Source of the DNA: Candidatus Marinacidobacterium sp.
GTDB lineage: Bacteria > Acidobacteriota > Vicinamibacteria > Marinacidobacterales > Marinacidobacteraceae
Reading direction: 5' to 3'
NCBI GenBank assembly: GCA_965204755.1
Contig: OZ242011.1
Coordinates: forward strand, 3,488,001-3,552,000
Length of the DNA: 64,000 nucleotides
Position numbers and translations under genes: made by a program
The notes under the pieces: model-generated
Seen by the model: only the letters and a program-made list of their open reading frames with translations
Told to the model about the DNA's origin: nothing
The model's database searches: none
Shown: piece by piece, positions 43,901 to 58,900 of the stretch
Numbering within the stretch: the first letter of the stretch is position 1
Layout: each line of letters opens with the position of its first letter

Positions 43901-46900
43901 CGGGGGACTTCACGCTGAGCAGCAACCCGGAGTTGACGATCGCGGCGGGCGCCACGAGAAGCACGGGGACGGTGACGGTCACGGCGGTGGACAACATGGA
44001 GGACGAGGCGGACAAGAGCGTCACGGTGTCGGGGACGGCGGCGAACAGCCAGGGGATCACGCAGCCTTCGGATGTGACGCTGACGATCACGGACGACGAC
44101 GCGACGCCGACGGTGACGCTGGCGCTCTCCCCGAGTTCCGTTGCGGAGAGCGGGGCGACGAACAGCACGACGGTTACTGCATCGCTGAACCGTCCCTCGA
44201 GTCAGCAGACGACGATCACGGTCGGAGCGGCGGCGGGCGCGGGCGCCGTGTCGGGTGACTTCACGCTGAGCAGCAACGCGAAGTTGACGATCGCGGCGGG
44301 GTCGACGAGCAGCACGGGGACGGTGACGGTTACGGCGGTGGACAACAACGAGGACGAGGCGGACAAGAGCGTCACGGTGTCGGGGACGGCGGCGAACAGC
44401 CAGGGGATCACGCAGCCTTCGGATGTGACGCTGACGATCACGGACGACGACGCGACGCCGACGGTGACGCTGTCGCTCTCCCCGAGTTCCGTTGCGGAGA
44501 GCGGGGCGACGAACAGCACGACGGTTGATGCATCGCTGAACCGTCCCTCGAGTCAGCAGACGACGATCACGGTCGGAGCGGCGGCGGGCGCGGGCGCCGT
44601 GTCGGGTGACTTCACGCTGAGCAGCAACGCGAAGTTGACGATCGCGGCGGGCGCGACGACCAGCACGGGGACGGTGACCGTTACGGCGGTGGACAACAGC
44701 GAGGACGAGGCGGACAAGAGCGTTACGGTTTCAGGGACGGCGGCGAACACCCAGGGGATCACGCAGCCTTCGGATGTGACGCTGACGATCACGGACGACG
44801 ACGATGCGCCGACGGTGACGCTGTTGCTGTCGCCGAGTTCCATCGCGGAGAGCGGGGCGACGAACAGCGCGACGGTTACCGCGTCCTTGGACCACGCGTC
44901 GAGCGAGCCGACGACGATCACGGTGGGGGCCGCGGCGGGAACGGGCGCGGTGTCGGGGGACTTCACGCTGAGCAGCGACCCCGAGTTGACGATTGCGGCG
45001 GGGGCGACGAGCAGCGCGGGGACGGTGACGATCACGGCGGTGGACAACACGGAGGACGAGGCGGACAAGAGCGTCACGGTGTCGGGTTCGGCGGCGAACT
45101 CGCAGGGGATCACGCAGCCTTCGAGCGTGACACTGACGATCACGGACGACGACGCGGAGCCGTCGCTGTCCATCGGCTCGGTGAGCGTTACCGAGGGCGA
45201 CAGCGGCCAAGCGAACCTGGTCTTCACGGTGTCGCTGAGCCCGGCGAGCGGGAAGCAGGTAACGGTGGACTACGCGGAGGGGACGGGCGGTACGGCGACG
45301 AGCGGTACGGACTACACGGCGCTGAGCGCGGGGACGCTGACCTTCACGGCGGGGGACACCAGCGAGACGATCCCGGTTTCCGTTACCGGGGACACGACGG
45401 ACGAGCCGGACGAGACGGTGGTGGTGTCGCTGAGCGGGGCGGTGAACGCGACGATCGGGACGGCGGACGGGACGGGGACGATCACGGACGACGACGATGC
45501 GCCGACGGTGACGCTGTTGCTGTCGCCGAGTTCCATCGGGGAGAGCGGTGCAACGAACAGCACGACGGTGACGGCTTCGTTGAACCGGGCGTCGAGCCAA
45601 CAGACGACCATCACCGTGGGGGCGGCGGCGGGAACGGGCGCGGTGTCGGGGGACTTCACGCTGAGCAGCGACCCCGAGTTGACGATTGCGGCGGGGGCGA
45701 CGAGCAGCGCGGGGACGGTGACGGTCACGGCGGTGGACAACACGGAGGACGAGGCGGACAAGAGCGTCACGGTGTCGGGGACGGCGGTGAACACGCAGGG
45801 GATCACGCAGCCTTCGAATGTGACGCTGACGATCACGGACGACGACGCGGAGCCGTCGCTGTCCATCGGCTCGGTGAGCGTTACCGAGGGCGACAGCGGC
45901 CAAGCGAACCTGGTCTTCACGGTGTCGCTGAGCCCGGCGAGCGGGAAGCAGGTAACGGTGGACTACGCGGAGGGTACGGGGGGCACGGGGACGAGCGGGA
46001 CGGACTACACGGCGCTGATGGCGGGGACGCTGACCTTCACGGCGGGTGACACCAGCGAGACGATCACGGTGTCGGTCCAGGGTGACACGACCGACGAGCC
46101 GAACGAGACGGTGGTGGTGTCGCTGAGCGGGGCGGTGAACGCGACGATCGGGACGGCGTCGGTGACGGGAACGATCACCGACGACGACGACGCACCGACG
46201 GTGACGCTGGCGCTGTCGCCGAGTTCCATCGGGGAGAGCGGGGCGACGAACAGCACGACGGTGACGGCTTCGTTGAACCGGGCGTCGAGCCAACAGACGA
46301 CCATCACCGTGGGGGCGGCGGCGGGCGCGGGCGCGGTGGCGGGGGACTTCTCGCTGAGCAGCAACCCGGAGTTGACGATCGCGGCGGGCGCCACGAGAAG
46401 CACGGGGACGGTTACGGTAACGGCGGTAGACAACACGGAGGACGAGGCGGACAAGAGCGTCACGGTGTCGGGGACGGCGACGAACACCCAAGGGATCACG
46501 CAGCCTTCGGATGTGACGCTGACGATCACGGACGACGACGCGGAGCCGTCGCTGTCCATCGGCTCGGTGAGCGTTACCGAGGGCGACAGCGGCCAAGCGA
46601 ACCTGGTCTTCACGGTGTCACTGAGCCCGGCGAGCGGGAAGCAGGTCACCGTGGACTACGCGGAGGGCGCGGGCGGTACGGCGACGAGCGGTACGGACTA
46701 CACGGCGCTGAGCGCGGGGACGCTGACCTTCACGGCGGGGGACACCAGCGAGACGATCCCGGTTTCCGTTACCGGGGACACGACGGACGAGCCGGACGAG
46801 ACGGTGGTGGTGTCGCTGAGCGGGGCGGCGAACGCGACGATCGGGACGGCGGACGGGACGGGGACGATCACGGACGACGACGATGCGCCGACGGTGACGC

Positions 46901-49900
46901 TGTTGCTGTCGCCGAGTTCCATCGGGGAGAGCGGTGCAACGAACAGCACGACGGTGACGGCTTCGTTGAACCGGGCGTCGAGCCAACAGACGACGATCAC
47001 CGTGGGGGCGGCGGCCGGTACGGGCGCGGTCGCCGGAGACTTCACGCTGAGCAGCAACGCGAAGTTGACCATTGCGGCGGGCGCGACGAGCAGCACGGGC
47101 ACGGTGACGATCACGGCGGTGGACAACACGGAGGACGAGGCGGACAAGAGCGTCACGGTGTCCGGGACGGCGGTGAACTCCCAGGGGATCACGCAGCCGT
47201 CGAATGTGACGCTGACGATCACGGACGACGACGATCCGCCCTCGCTCTCCATCGCTTCGCCGAGCGTTGCGGAGGGGGACAGCGGTTCGGCGACCCTGAC
47301 CTTCACGGTGTCGCTGGATGCGGCGAGCGGCAAGGAGGTCACGGTGGACTACGCGGAGGGCACGGGCGGTACGGCGACGAGCGGGACGGACTACACGGCG
47401 CTGCCGGCGGGGACGCTGACCTTCACGGCGGGGGACACGAGCGAGACGATCACGGTGTCGGTCCGGGGCGACGCGACGGACGAGCCGAACGAGACCGTGT
47501 TGGTCACGCTGAGCGGCGCGGTGAACGCGACGATCGGGACGGCGTCGGGGACCGGGACGATCACGGACGACGACGCGACGCCGACGGTGACGCTGGCGCT
47601 GTCGCCGAGTTCCATCTCGGAGAGCGGGACGACGAACAGCGCGACGGTGACGGCTTCGTTGAACCGGGCGTCGAGCCAACAGACGACCATCACCGTGGGG
47701 GCGGCGGCGGGCGCGGGCGCGGTGGCGGGGGACTTCTCGCTGAGCAGCAACCCGGAGTTGACGATCGCGGCGGGCGCCACGAGGAGCACGGGGACGGTGA
47801 CGGTCACGGCGGTGGACAACACCGAGGATGAGGCGGACAAGAGCGTCACGGTGTCGGGAACGGCGGTGAATACGCAGGGGATCACCCAGCCTTCGAGCGT
47901 GGCGCTGACGATCACGGACGACGACGGGGAGCCTTCGCTGTCCATCGGTTCGGCGAGCGTTACCGAGGGCGACAGCGGTTCGGTGAACCTCGAGTTCACG
48001 GTGTCGCTGAGCCCGGCGAGCGGGAAGCAGGTAACGGTGGACTACGCGGAGGGTACGGGGGGCACGGCGACGAGCGGTACGGACTACACGGCGCCGAGCG
48101 CGGGGACGCTGACCTTCACGGCGGGGGACACCAGCGAGACGATCACGGTTTCGGTAACCGGGGACACGACGGACGAGCCGAACGAGACGGTGGTGGTGTC
48201 GCTGAGCGGGGCGGTGAACGCGACGATCGGGACGGCTGACGGGACGGGGACGATCACGGACGACGACGACTCACCGACGGTGACGCTGTTGCTGTCGCCG
48301 AGTTCCATCTCGGAGAGCGGCGCGACGAACCGCGCGACGGTTACGGCCTCCCTGGACCACGCGTCGAGCGAGCAGACGACGATCACGGTGGGAGCGGCGG
48401 CGGGCGCGGGCGCCGTGTCGGGTGACTTCACGCTGAGCAGCAACACGAAGTTGACGATCGCGGCGGGGGCGACGAGCAGCGCGGGGACGGTGACGGTCAC
48501 CGCGGTGGACAACACGGAGGACGAGGCGGACAAGAGCGTCACGGTGTCGGGGACGGCGGTGAACACCCAGGGGATCACGCAGCCTTCGAGCGTGGCGCTG
48601 ACGATCACGGACGACGACGGCGAGCCGTCGCTGTCCATCGGTTCGGCGAGCGTGAACGAGGGCGACAGCGGTTCGGTGAACCTCGAGTTCACGGTGTCGC
48701 TGAACGCGGCGAGCGGCCGGGAGGTGACCGTGGACTACGCGGAGGGTACGGGGGGCACGGCGACGGGCGGGACGGACTACACGGCGCTGCCGGCGGGGAC
48801 GCTGACCTTCACGGCGGGGGACACCACCGAGACGATCACCGTGTCGGTAACCGGGGATGCGACGGACGAGCCGGACGAGACGGTGGTGGTGTCGCTGAGC
48901 GGGGCGGTGAACGCGACGATCGGGACGGCGTCGGGGACGGGGACGATCACGGACGACGACGATGCGCCGACGGTGACGCTGGCGCTGTCCTCGAGTTCCA
49001 TCGGCGAGAGCGGCGCGACGAACAGCACGACGGTCACGGCCTCCCTGGACCACGCGTCGAGCGAGCAGACGACGATCACGGTGGGAGCGGCGGCGGGCGC
49101 CGGCGCCGTGTCGGGTGACTTCACGCTGAGCAGCGACCCGGAGTTGACGATCGCCGCGGGCGCGACGAGGAGCACGGGGACGGTGACGGTTACGGCGGTG
49201 GACAACACGGAGGACGAGGCGGACAAGAGCGTCACGGTGTCGGGTACGGCGGTGAACACCCAGGGGATCACGCAGCCGTCGAGCGTGACGCTGACGATCA
49301 CGGACGACGACGGGGCGCCGTCTCTCTCCATCGGCTCGGCGAGCGTTACCGAGGGCGACAGCGGCCAAGCGAACCTGGTCTTCACGGTGTCGCTGAGCCC
49401 GGCGAGCGGCCGGGAGGTGACCGTGGACTACGCGGAGGGGACGGGCGGCACGGCGACGGGCGGTACGGACTACACGGCGCTGCCGGCGGGGACGCTGACC
49501 TTCACCGCGGGTGACACCAGCGAGACGATCACGGTTTCGGTAACCGGGGACGCGACGGACGAGCCGGACGAGACGGTGGTGGTGTCATTGAGCGGGGCGG
49601 TGAACGCGACGATCGGGACGGCGTCGGGGACGGGGACGATCACGGACGACGACGACGCGCCGACGGTGACGCTGTTGCTGTCGCCGAGTTCCATCTCGGA
49701 GAGCGGCGCGACGAACCGCGCGACGGTTACGGCCTCCCTGGACCACGCATCGAGCGAGCAGACGACGATCACGGTGGGGGCCGCGGCGGGAACGGGCGCG
49801 GAGGCCGGGGACTTCACGCTGAGCAGCGACCCGGAGTTGACGATCGCCGCGGGCGCGACGAGGAGCACGGGGACGGTGACGGTTACGGCGGTGGACAACA

Positions 49901-52900
49901 CGGAGGACGAGGCGGACAAGAGCGTCACGGTGTCGGGAACGGCGGTGAACACGCAGGGGATTACGCAGCCGTCGAATGTGACGCTGACGATCACGGACGA
50001 CGACGGCGAGCCGTCTCTGTCCATCGGTTCGGCGAGCGTTGCGGAAGGGGACAGCAGCACGGCGAACCTGGTCTTCACGGTGTCGCTGAACGCGGCGAGC
50101 GGCCGGGAGGTGACCGTGGACTACGCGGAGGGGACGGGCGGCACGGCGACGGGCGGGACGGACTACACGGCGCTGCCGGCGGGGACGCTGACCTTCACGG
50201 CGGGGGACACCAGCGAGACGATCACGGTTTCGGTTACCGGTGACACGACGGACGAGCCGGACGAGACTGTGGTGGTTACTCTGAGCGGGGCGGTGAACGC
50301 GACGATCGGGACGGCGTCGGGGACAGGGACGATCACGGACGACGACGACGCGCCGACGGTGACGCTGGCGCTGTCGCCGGGTTCCATCGGGGAGAGCGGG
50401 GCGACGAACCGCGCGACGGTTACGGCGTCGCTGGACCACGCGTCGAGCGAGGACACGACGATCACGGTGGCTGCGGCGGCGGGAACGGGCGCGGTGTCGG
50501 GGGACTTCACGCTGAGCAGCGACGCGAAGTTGACGATCGCCGCGGGAGCGACGAGCAGCACAGGGGCGGTGACGATCACGGCGGTGGACAACACGGAGGA
50601 CGAGGCGGACAAGAGCGTCACGGTGTCGGGGACGGCGGCGAACTCTCAAGGGATCACGCAGCCTTCGGATGTGACGCTGACGATCACGGACGACGACGGG
50701 GCGCCGTCGCTGTCCATCGGTTCGGCGAGCGTTGCGGAGGGGGACAGCGGTTCGGTGAACCTCGAGTTCACGGTGTCGCTGAACGCTGCGAGCGGCCGGG
50801 AGGTCACCGTGGACTACGCGGAGGGGACGGGCGGTACGGCGACGAGCGGTACGGACTACACGGCGTTGAGCGCGGGGACGCTGACCTTCACGGCGGGGGA
50901 CACCAGCGAGACGATCACGGTTTCGGTAACCGGGGACACGACGGACGAGCCGAACGAGACGGTGGTGGTGTCGCTGAGCGCGGCGGCGAACGCGACGATC
51001 GGGACGGCTGACGGGACGGGGACGATCACGGACGACGACGACTCACCGACGGTGACGCTGTTGCTGTCGCCGAGTTCCATCTCGGAGAGCGGCGCGACGA
51101 ACCGCGCGACGGTTACGGCGTCGCTGGACCACGCGTCGAGCGAGGACACGACGATCACGGTGGCTGCGGCGGCGGGAACGGGCGCGGTGTCGGGGGACTT
51201 CACGCTGAGCAGCGACCCGAAGTTGACGATCGCCGCGGGAGCGACGAGCAGCACCGGGGCGGTGACGATCACGGCGGTGGACAACACCGAGGATGAGGCG
51301 GACAAGAGCGTCACGGTTTCGGGGACGGCGGTGAACACCCAGGGGATCACGCAGCCGTCGAGCGTGACGCTGACGATCACGGACGACGACGGGGAGCCGT
51401 CGCTGTCCATCGGCTCCACGAGCGTTACGGAGGGGAACAGCGGCCAGGCGAACCTGGTCTTCACGGTTACCTTGAGCGCGGCGAGCGGCCGGGAGGTGAC
51501 CGTGGACTACGCGGAGGGGACGGGCGGCACGGCGACGAGCGGTACGGACTACACGGCGCTGCCGGCGGGGACGCTGACCTTCACGGCGGGGGACACCAGC
51601 GAGACGATCACGGTTTCGGTTACCGGTGACACGACGGACGAGCCGAACGAGACGGTGGTGGTGTCGCTGAGCGGCGCGGTGAACGCGACGATCGGGACGG
51701 CGGACGGGACGGGGACGATCACGGACGACGACGACGCGCCGACGGTGACGCTGGCGCTGTCGCGGACCTCCATCGCGGAGAGCGGCGCAACGAACAGCAC
51801 GACGGTTACGGCGTCCTTGGACCACGCATCGAGCGCGGACACGACGATCACGGTGGGGGTCGCGGCGGGGACGGGCGCGGAGGCGACGGACTTCTCGCTG
51901 AGCAGCAATACGAAGTTGACCATCGCGGCGGGAACGACGAGCAGCACGGGGACGGTGACCATCACGGCGGTGGACAACACCGAGGACGAGGCGGACAAGA
52001 GCGTCACGGTGTCGGGGACGGCGACGAACACCCAAGGGATCACGAAGCCTTCGGATGTGACGCTGACGATCACGGACGACGACGGGGAGCCTTCGCTGTC
52101 CATCGGTTCGGCGAGCGTGAACGAGGGCGACAGCGGTTCGGTGAACCTCGAGTTCACGGTGTCGCTGAACGCTGCGAGCGGCCGGGAGGTCACCGTGGAC
52201 TACGCGGAGGGGACGGGCGGTACGGCGACGAGCGGTACGGACTACACGGCGTTGAGCGCGGGGACGCTGACCTTCACGGCGGGGGACACCACCGAGACGA
52301 TCACCGTGTCGGTAACCGGGGATGCGACGGACGAGCCGAACGAGACGGTGGTGGTGTCATTGAGCGGGGCGGTGAACGCGACGATCTCGACGGCGTCGGG
52401 GACGGGGACGATCACGGACGACGACGATGCGCCGACGGTGACGCTGTTGCTGTCGCCGAGTTCCATCTCGGAGAGCGGCGCGACGAACCGCGCGACGGTT
52501 ACGGCCTCCCTGGACCACGCATCGAGCGAGCAGACGACGATCACGGTGGGGGCCGCGGCGGGAACGGGCGCGGAGGCCGGGGACTTCACGCTGAGCAGCG
52601 ACCCGAAGTTGACGATCGCCGCGGGCGCGACGAGGAGCACGGGGACGGTGACGGTTACGGCGGTGGACAACACGGAGGACGAGGCGGACAAGAGCGTCAC
52701 GGTGTCGGGTACGGCGGTGAACACGCAAGGGATCACACAGCCTTCGAGCGTGACGCTGACGATCACGGACGACGACGGGGAGCCGTCGCTGTCCATCGGT
52801 TCGGCGAGCGTTGCGGAGGGGGACAGCAGCACGGCGAACCTGGTGTTCACGGTGTCGCTGAACGCGGCGAGCGGCCGGGAGGTCACCGTGGACTACGCGG

Positions 52901-55900
52901 AGGGGACGGGGGGCACGGCGACGAGCGGGACGGACTACACGGCGCTGCCGGCGGGGACGCTGACCTTCACGGCGGGGGACACCAGCGAGACGATCACGGT
53001 TTCGGTTACCGGTGACACGACGGACGAGCCGGACGAGACTGTGGTCGTTACTCTGAGCGGGGCGGTGAACGCGACGATCGGGACGGCGTCGGAGACAGGG
53101 ACGATCACGGACGACGACGACGCGCCGACGGTGACGCTGTTGCTGTCGCCGAGTTCCATCTCGGAGAGCGGGGCGACGAACCGCGCGACGGTTACGGCCT
53201 CCCTGGACCACGCGTCGAGCGAGCAGACGACGATCACGGTGGGGGCCGCGGCGGGAACGGGCGCGGAGGCCGGGGACTTCACGCTGAGCAGCGACCCCGA
53301 GTTGACGATCGCGGCGGGAGCGACGACCAGCACGGGGACGGTGACCGTCACGGCCGTGGACAACACGGAGGACGAGGCGGACAAGAGCGTCACGGTGTCG
53401 GGGACGGCGGCGAACTCCCAGGGGATCACGCAGCCGGCGAATGTGACGCTGACGATCACGGACGACGACGGGGAGCCGTCGCTGTCCATCGGTTCGGCGA
53501 GCGTTGCGGAGGGGGACAGCAGCACGGCGAACCTGGTCTTCACGGTGTCGCTGAACGCGGCGAGCGGCCGGGAGGTGACCGTGGACTATGCGGAGGGGAC
53601 GGGGGGCACGGCGACGGGCGGGACGGACTACACGGCGCTGATGGCGGGGACCCTGACCTTCACCGCGGGTGACACCAGCGAGACGATCACGGTATCGGTT
53701 ACCGGTGACACGACCGACGAGCCGGACGAGACGGTGGTGGTGTCGCTGAGCGGGGCGGTGAACGCGACGATCGGGACGGCGTCGGAGACAGGGACGATCA
53801 CGGACGACGACGACGCGCCGACGGTGACGCTGGCGCTGTCGCCGAGTTCCATCTCGGAGAGCGGGGCGACGAACAGCGCGACGGTCACGGCGTCCCTGGA
53901 CCGCGCGTCGAGCGAGGACACGACGATCACGGTGGCTGCGGCGGCGGGAACGGGCGCGGTGTCGGGGGACTTCTCTCTGAGCAGCGACCCCGAGTTGACG
54001 ATTGCGGCGGGGGCGACGAGCAGCGCGGGGACGGTGACGGTTACGGCGGTGGACAACACGGAGGACGAGGCGGACAAGAGCGTCACGGTGTCGGGGACGG
54101 CGGTGAACACGCAAGGGATTACACAGCCTTCGAGCGTGACGCTGACGATCACAGACGACGACGGGGAGCCGTCGCTGTCCATCGGCTCGGCGAGCGTGAA
54201 CGAGGGCGACAGCAGCACGGCGAACCTGGTGTTCACGGTGTCGCTGAACGCGGCGAGCGGCCGGGAGGTCACCGTGGACTACGCGGAGGGGACGGGGGGC
54301 ACGGCGACGGGCGGGACGGACTACACGGCGCTGATGGCGGGGACCCTGACCTTCACCGCGGGTGACACCAGCGAGACGATCACGGTATCGGTAACCGGTG
54401 ACACGACCGACGAGCCGGACGAGACGGTGGTGGTGTCGCTGAGCGGGGCGGTGAACGCGACGATCGGGACGGCGTCGGGGACAGGGACGATCACGGACGA
54501 CGACGACGCGCCGACGGTGACGCTGGCGCTGTCGCCGGGTTCCATCGGGGAGAGCGGGGCGACGAACCGCGCGACGGTTACGGCGTCGCTGGACCACGCG
54601 TCGAGCGAGGACACGACGATCACGGTGGCTGCGGCGGCGGGAACGGGCGCGGTGTCGGGGGACTTCACGCTGAGCAGCGACCCGAAGTTGACAATCGCGG
54701 CAGGGTCGACGAGCAGCACCGGGGCGGTGACGATCACGGCGGTGAACAACACCGAGGACGAGGCGGACAAGAGCGTCACGGTTTCGGGCACGGCGGTGAA
54801 CACGCAAGGGATCACGCAGCCGTCGAGCGTGACGCTGACGATCACGGACGACGACGGGGAGCCTTCGCTGTCCATCGGTTCGGCGAGCGTGAACGAGGGC
54901 GACAGCGGTTCGGTGAACCTCGAGTTCACGGTGTCGCTGAACGCGGCGAGCGGCAAGGAGGTGACCGTGGACTATGCCGAGGGAACCGGGAGCACGGCGA
55001 CGAGCGGTACGGACTACACGGCGCTGCCGGCGGGGACGCTGACCTTCACGGCGGGGGACACCAGCGAGACGATCATGGTGTCGGTAACCGGGGACACGAC
55101 GGACGAGCCGGACGAGACGGTGGTGGTGTCGCTGAGCGGGGCGGCGAACGCGACGATCGGGACGGCGGACGGGACGGGGACGATCACGGACGACGACGAC
55201 GCGCCGACGGTGACGCTGTTGCTGTCGCCGAGTTCCATCGCGGAGAGCGGCGCGACGAACCGCGCGACGGTTACGGTGTCCCTGGACCACGCGTCGAGCG
55301 AGCAGACGACGATCACGGTGGGGGCGGCGGCGGGCGCCGGCGCCGTGTCGGGTGACTTCACGCTGAGCAGCAACGCGAAGTTGACCGTTGCCGCGGGAGC
55401 GACGAGCAGCACCGGGACGGTGACGATCACGGCAGTGGACAACGCCGAGGACGAGGCGGACAAGAGCGTCACCGTGTCGGGCGCGGCGGCGAACACCCAG
55501 GGGATCACCCAGCCGGCGAATGTGACGCTGACGATCACGGACGACGACGCGGAGCCGTCGCTGTCCATCGGTTCGGCGAGCGTTGCGGAGGGGGACAGCA
55601 GCACGGCGGACCTGGACTTCACGGTGACCCTGGACGCCGCGAGCGGCAAGGTGGTGACGGTGGACTACGCCGAGGGGACGGGGGGCACGGCGACGGGCGG
55701 CGCGGACTACACCGCGCTGACCGCGGGGACCCTGACCTTCACCGCGGGAGACACGAGCGAGACCATCACCGTGTCGGTAACCGGGGACACGACGGACGAG
55801 CCGAACGAGACGGTGGTGGTGTCGCTGAGCGGCGCGGCGAACGCCACGATCGGGACGGCGGACGGGACGGGGACGATCACGGACGACGACGACACGCCGA

Positions 55901-58900
55901 CGGTTACGCTGGCGCTGTCGCGAACCTCCATCCCGGAGAGCGGGGCGACGAATTCCAGCGCCGTTACGGCGTCGCTCGATCGGCCGTCGAGCGAGCAGAC
56001 GACCATCACCGTGTCGGCGGCGGCGGGGACCGGCGCGGTGGCGGCGGACTTCACGCTGAGCGCCGACCCGAAGTTGACGATCGCGGCGGGCGCGACGAGC
56101 AGCACGGGGACGGTGACGATCACCGCGGAGGACAATGGCGAGGACGAAGCGGACAAGAGCGTCACGGTGTCGGGTGCGGCGACGAACTCCCACGGCATAA
56201 CCGATCCGTCCGCCGTAACCTTGACGATCACGGACGAGGACGATCCGCCCTCGCTGTCCATCGGCTCGGCGAGCGTGGACGAGGGGGACAGCGGCTCGGC
56301 GAACCTGGTCTTCACGGTGACCCTCGACGCGGCGAGCGGCAAGGAGGTGACCGTGGACTACGCCGAGGGGACGGGGGGCACGGCGACGAGCGGGACGGAC
56401 TACACCGCGCTGACGGCGGGAGCGCTGACCTTCACCGCGGGAGACACCAGCGAAACGATCACGGTGTCGGTAACCGGGGACGCGACGGACGAACCGGACG
56501 AGACCGTGTTCGTGGAGTTGAGCGGGGCGGAGAACGCGACGATCGCGACCGCGTCGGCAACGGGGACGATCACGGACGACGACGACTCACCGACGGTGAC
56601 GCTGGCGCTCTCCCCGGCCAGCATCGCAGAGAGCGGGACGGCGAACTCCACGACGATTACGGCGTCCCTCGACCATCCTTCGAGCGAGCAGACCACCATC
56701 ACGGTGTCGGCGGCGGCGGGCGCGGGCGCGGAGGCGTCGGACTTCACGCTGGGCAGCAACGCGAAGTTGACGATCGCGGCCGGCGCGACCACCAGCACCG
56801 GGACGGTCACCATCACGGCGGTGGACAACACCGAAGACGAGGCGGACAAGAGCGTCACGGTGTCCGGCTCGGCGGAGAACACCCAGGGGATCACCCAACC
56901 GTCGGCGGTGACCCTGACCATCACGGACGACGACGGCGCGCCGTCGCTCTCCATCGGTTCGGCGACCGTCACGGAGGGCGACAGCGGCTCGACGAACCTC
57001 ACCTTCACCGTGACGCTGAGTCCGGCGAGCGGTAGGGAAGTAACGGTGGAATACGCGGACGCGGCGAGCGGGACGGCCACGAGCGGGGCGGACTACACCG
57101 CGCTGACGGCGGGGACGCTGACCTTCACGGCGGGTGACACCAGCGAGACGATCACCGTGTCGGTCAGGGGGGACACGACGGACGAATCGGACGAGACGGT
57201 GGTCGTGGAGTTGAGCAACGCCGTGAACGCGACCATCGGGACGGGGACCGGGACGGGGACGATCACGGACGACGACGACGGGCCGTCACTCTCCATCGAT
57301 TCCCCGAGCGTCACGGAGACGGACGGGAGCACGGCGGACCTGACCTATACGGTAACGATGGACCAGGCGAGTTCGCAGGAGGTCACCGTGGCTTACGCGG
57401 AGGGCGCCGGAGGAACGGCCGCCTCGGGAACGGACTACACGCCGCTCGCTTCGGGGACGCTGACTTTCGGGCCGGGCGCAACGAGCCGGACGATCACGGT
57501 TTCGGTCACCGGGGACACGGCGGACGAACCGAACGAGACGGTGGTGGTAACGCTGAGCGCGCCGACGAACGCGGTGATCGGGACGGGGACCGGAACCGGG
57601 ACGATCACCGACGACGATGTCCCCCTGCTCTCGATCGGTTCCCCGAGCGCGGCGGAGGGGAACGCCGGTTCGTCGAACCTCGCCTTCACGGTTACGCTGG
57701 ATCGGCCGAGTTGGCAGCAGGTGAGCGTGGCCTACGCCGACGCCGGAACCGGGACGGCGACCTCCGGGACGGACTACGCGGCGCTCGCTCCGGGAACCCT
57801 GACCTTCGCCGCGGGGGAAACCGGCAAGACCGTCGCGGTTTCGATTACGGGGGACACGACGGCGGAAGCCAACGAAACCGTCCGGGTGACGCTGAGCGGG
57901 GCGGTGAACGCGGCGATCGGGACGGCGACCGGGACCGGGACGATCCGGAACGACGACGCGCCGGTCCTCTCGATCGATTCGCCGCGGGTGGACGAGGGGG
58001 ACAGCGGCCAGGCGAACCTGGTCTTCACCGTGTCGCTGACCCCGGCGGCTTCGCAGCAGGTAACCGTGGCCTACGCGGACGCCGGGACGGGGACGGCGAC
58101 TTCGGGAACCGACTACGCCGCGCTGGCCGCCGGGACGCTCTCCTTCGCGCCGGGCGATACCGGTCGGCAGGTCACGGTTTCGGTAACCGGGGACACCGCT
58201 GCCGAAACCGACGAAACCGTGGTCGTGAGCCTCTCCGGCGCCTCGGGGGCGGCGATCGTGATGGGGACGGGGACCGGGACGATCCGGGACGACGATTCCC
58301 TGCCGGTCCTCTCGATCGACTCCCCGAGCGTCACCGAAGGGGACGCAGGCTCGACGGCGCTGACTTTCACCGTGTCACTGAGCCGGGCGAGCGCCCAGCC
58401 GGTGCAGGTGGACTACGCGGACGCCGGAACCGGGACGGCGACGGCGGGTTCGGACTACACCGCGCTTTCCGCGGGAACGGCGACCTTCCCGGCGGGCGAG
58501 ACCCGCAGGAGGATCACGGTTCCGGTAGTCGGGGATACGGAAGCGGAGGGGAACGAGACCGTGCGGGTGACGCTGAGCGGGGCGGTGAACGCCACGATCG
58601 GCGCCGCGACGGGGATCGGGACGATCGTCGGCGACGACGCGCCGACGGTGGATACCGAGCCGGAGCCGGAGCCCGAGCCCGAACCCGAGCCGGAGCCGGA
58701 GCCGGAGCCGGAACCGTCGGGGCCGCCCACCGTCTCCATAGATTCGCCGCGGGTGGTGGAGCCGGACGAGGGGACCGCGGACCTGGTCTTCACCGTGTCG
58801 CTTTCCGCGCCGGCGCCGCGCGAGGTTACGGTCGGCTATCGGGTGCTGGACACCGGGACGGCCGGCCCGTCCGACTATGTCGCGCCGGGGCCGGGGACCC

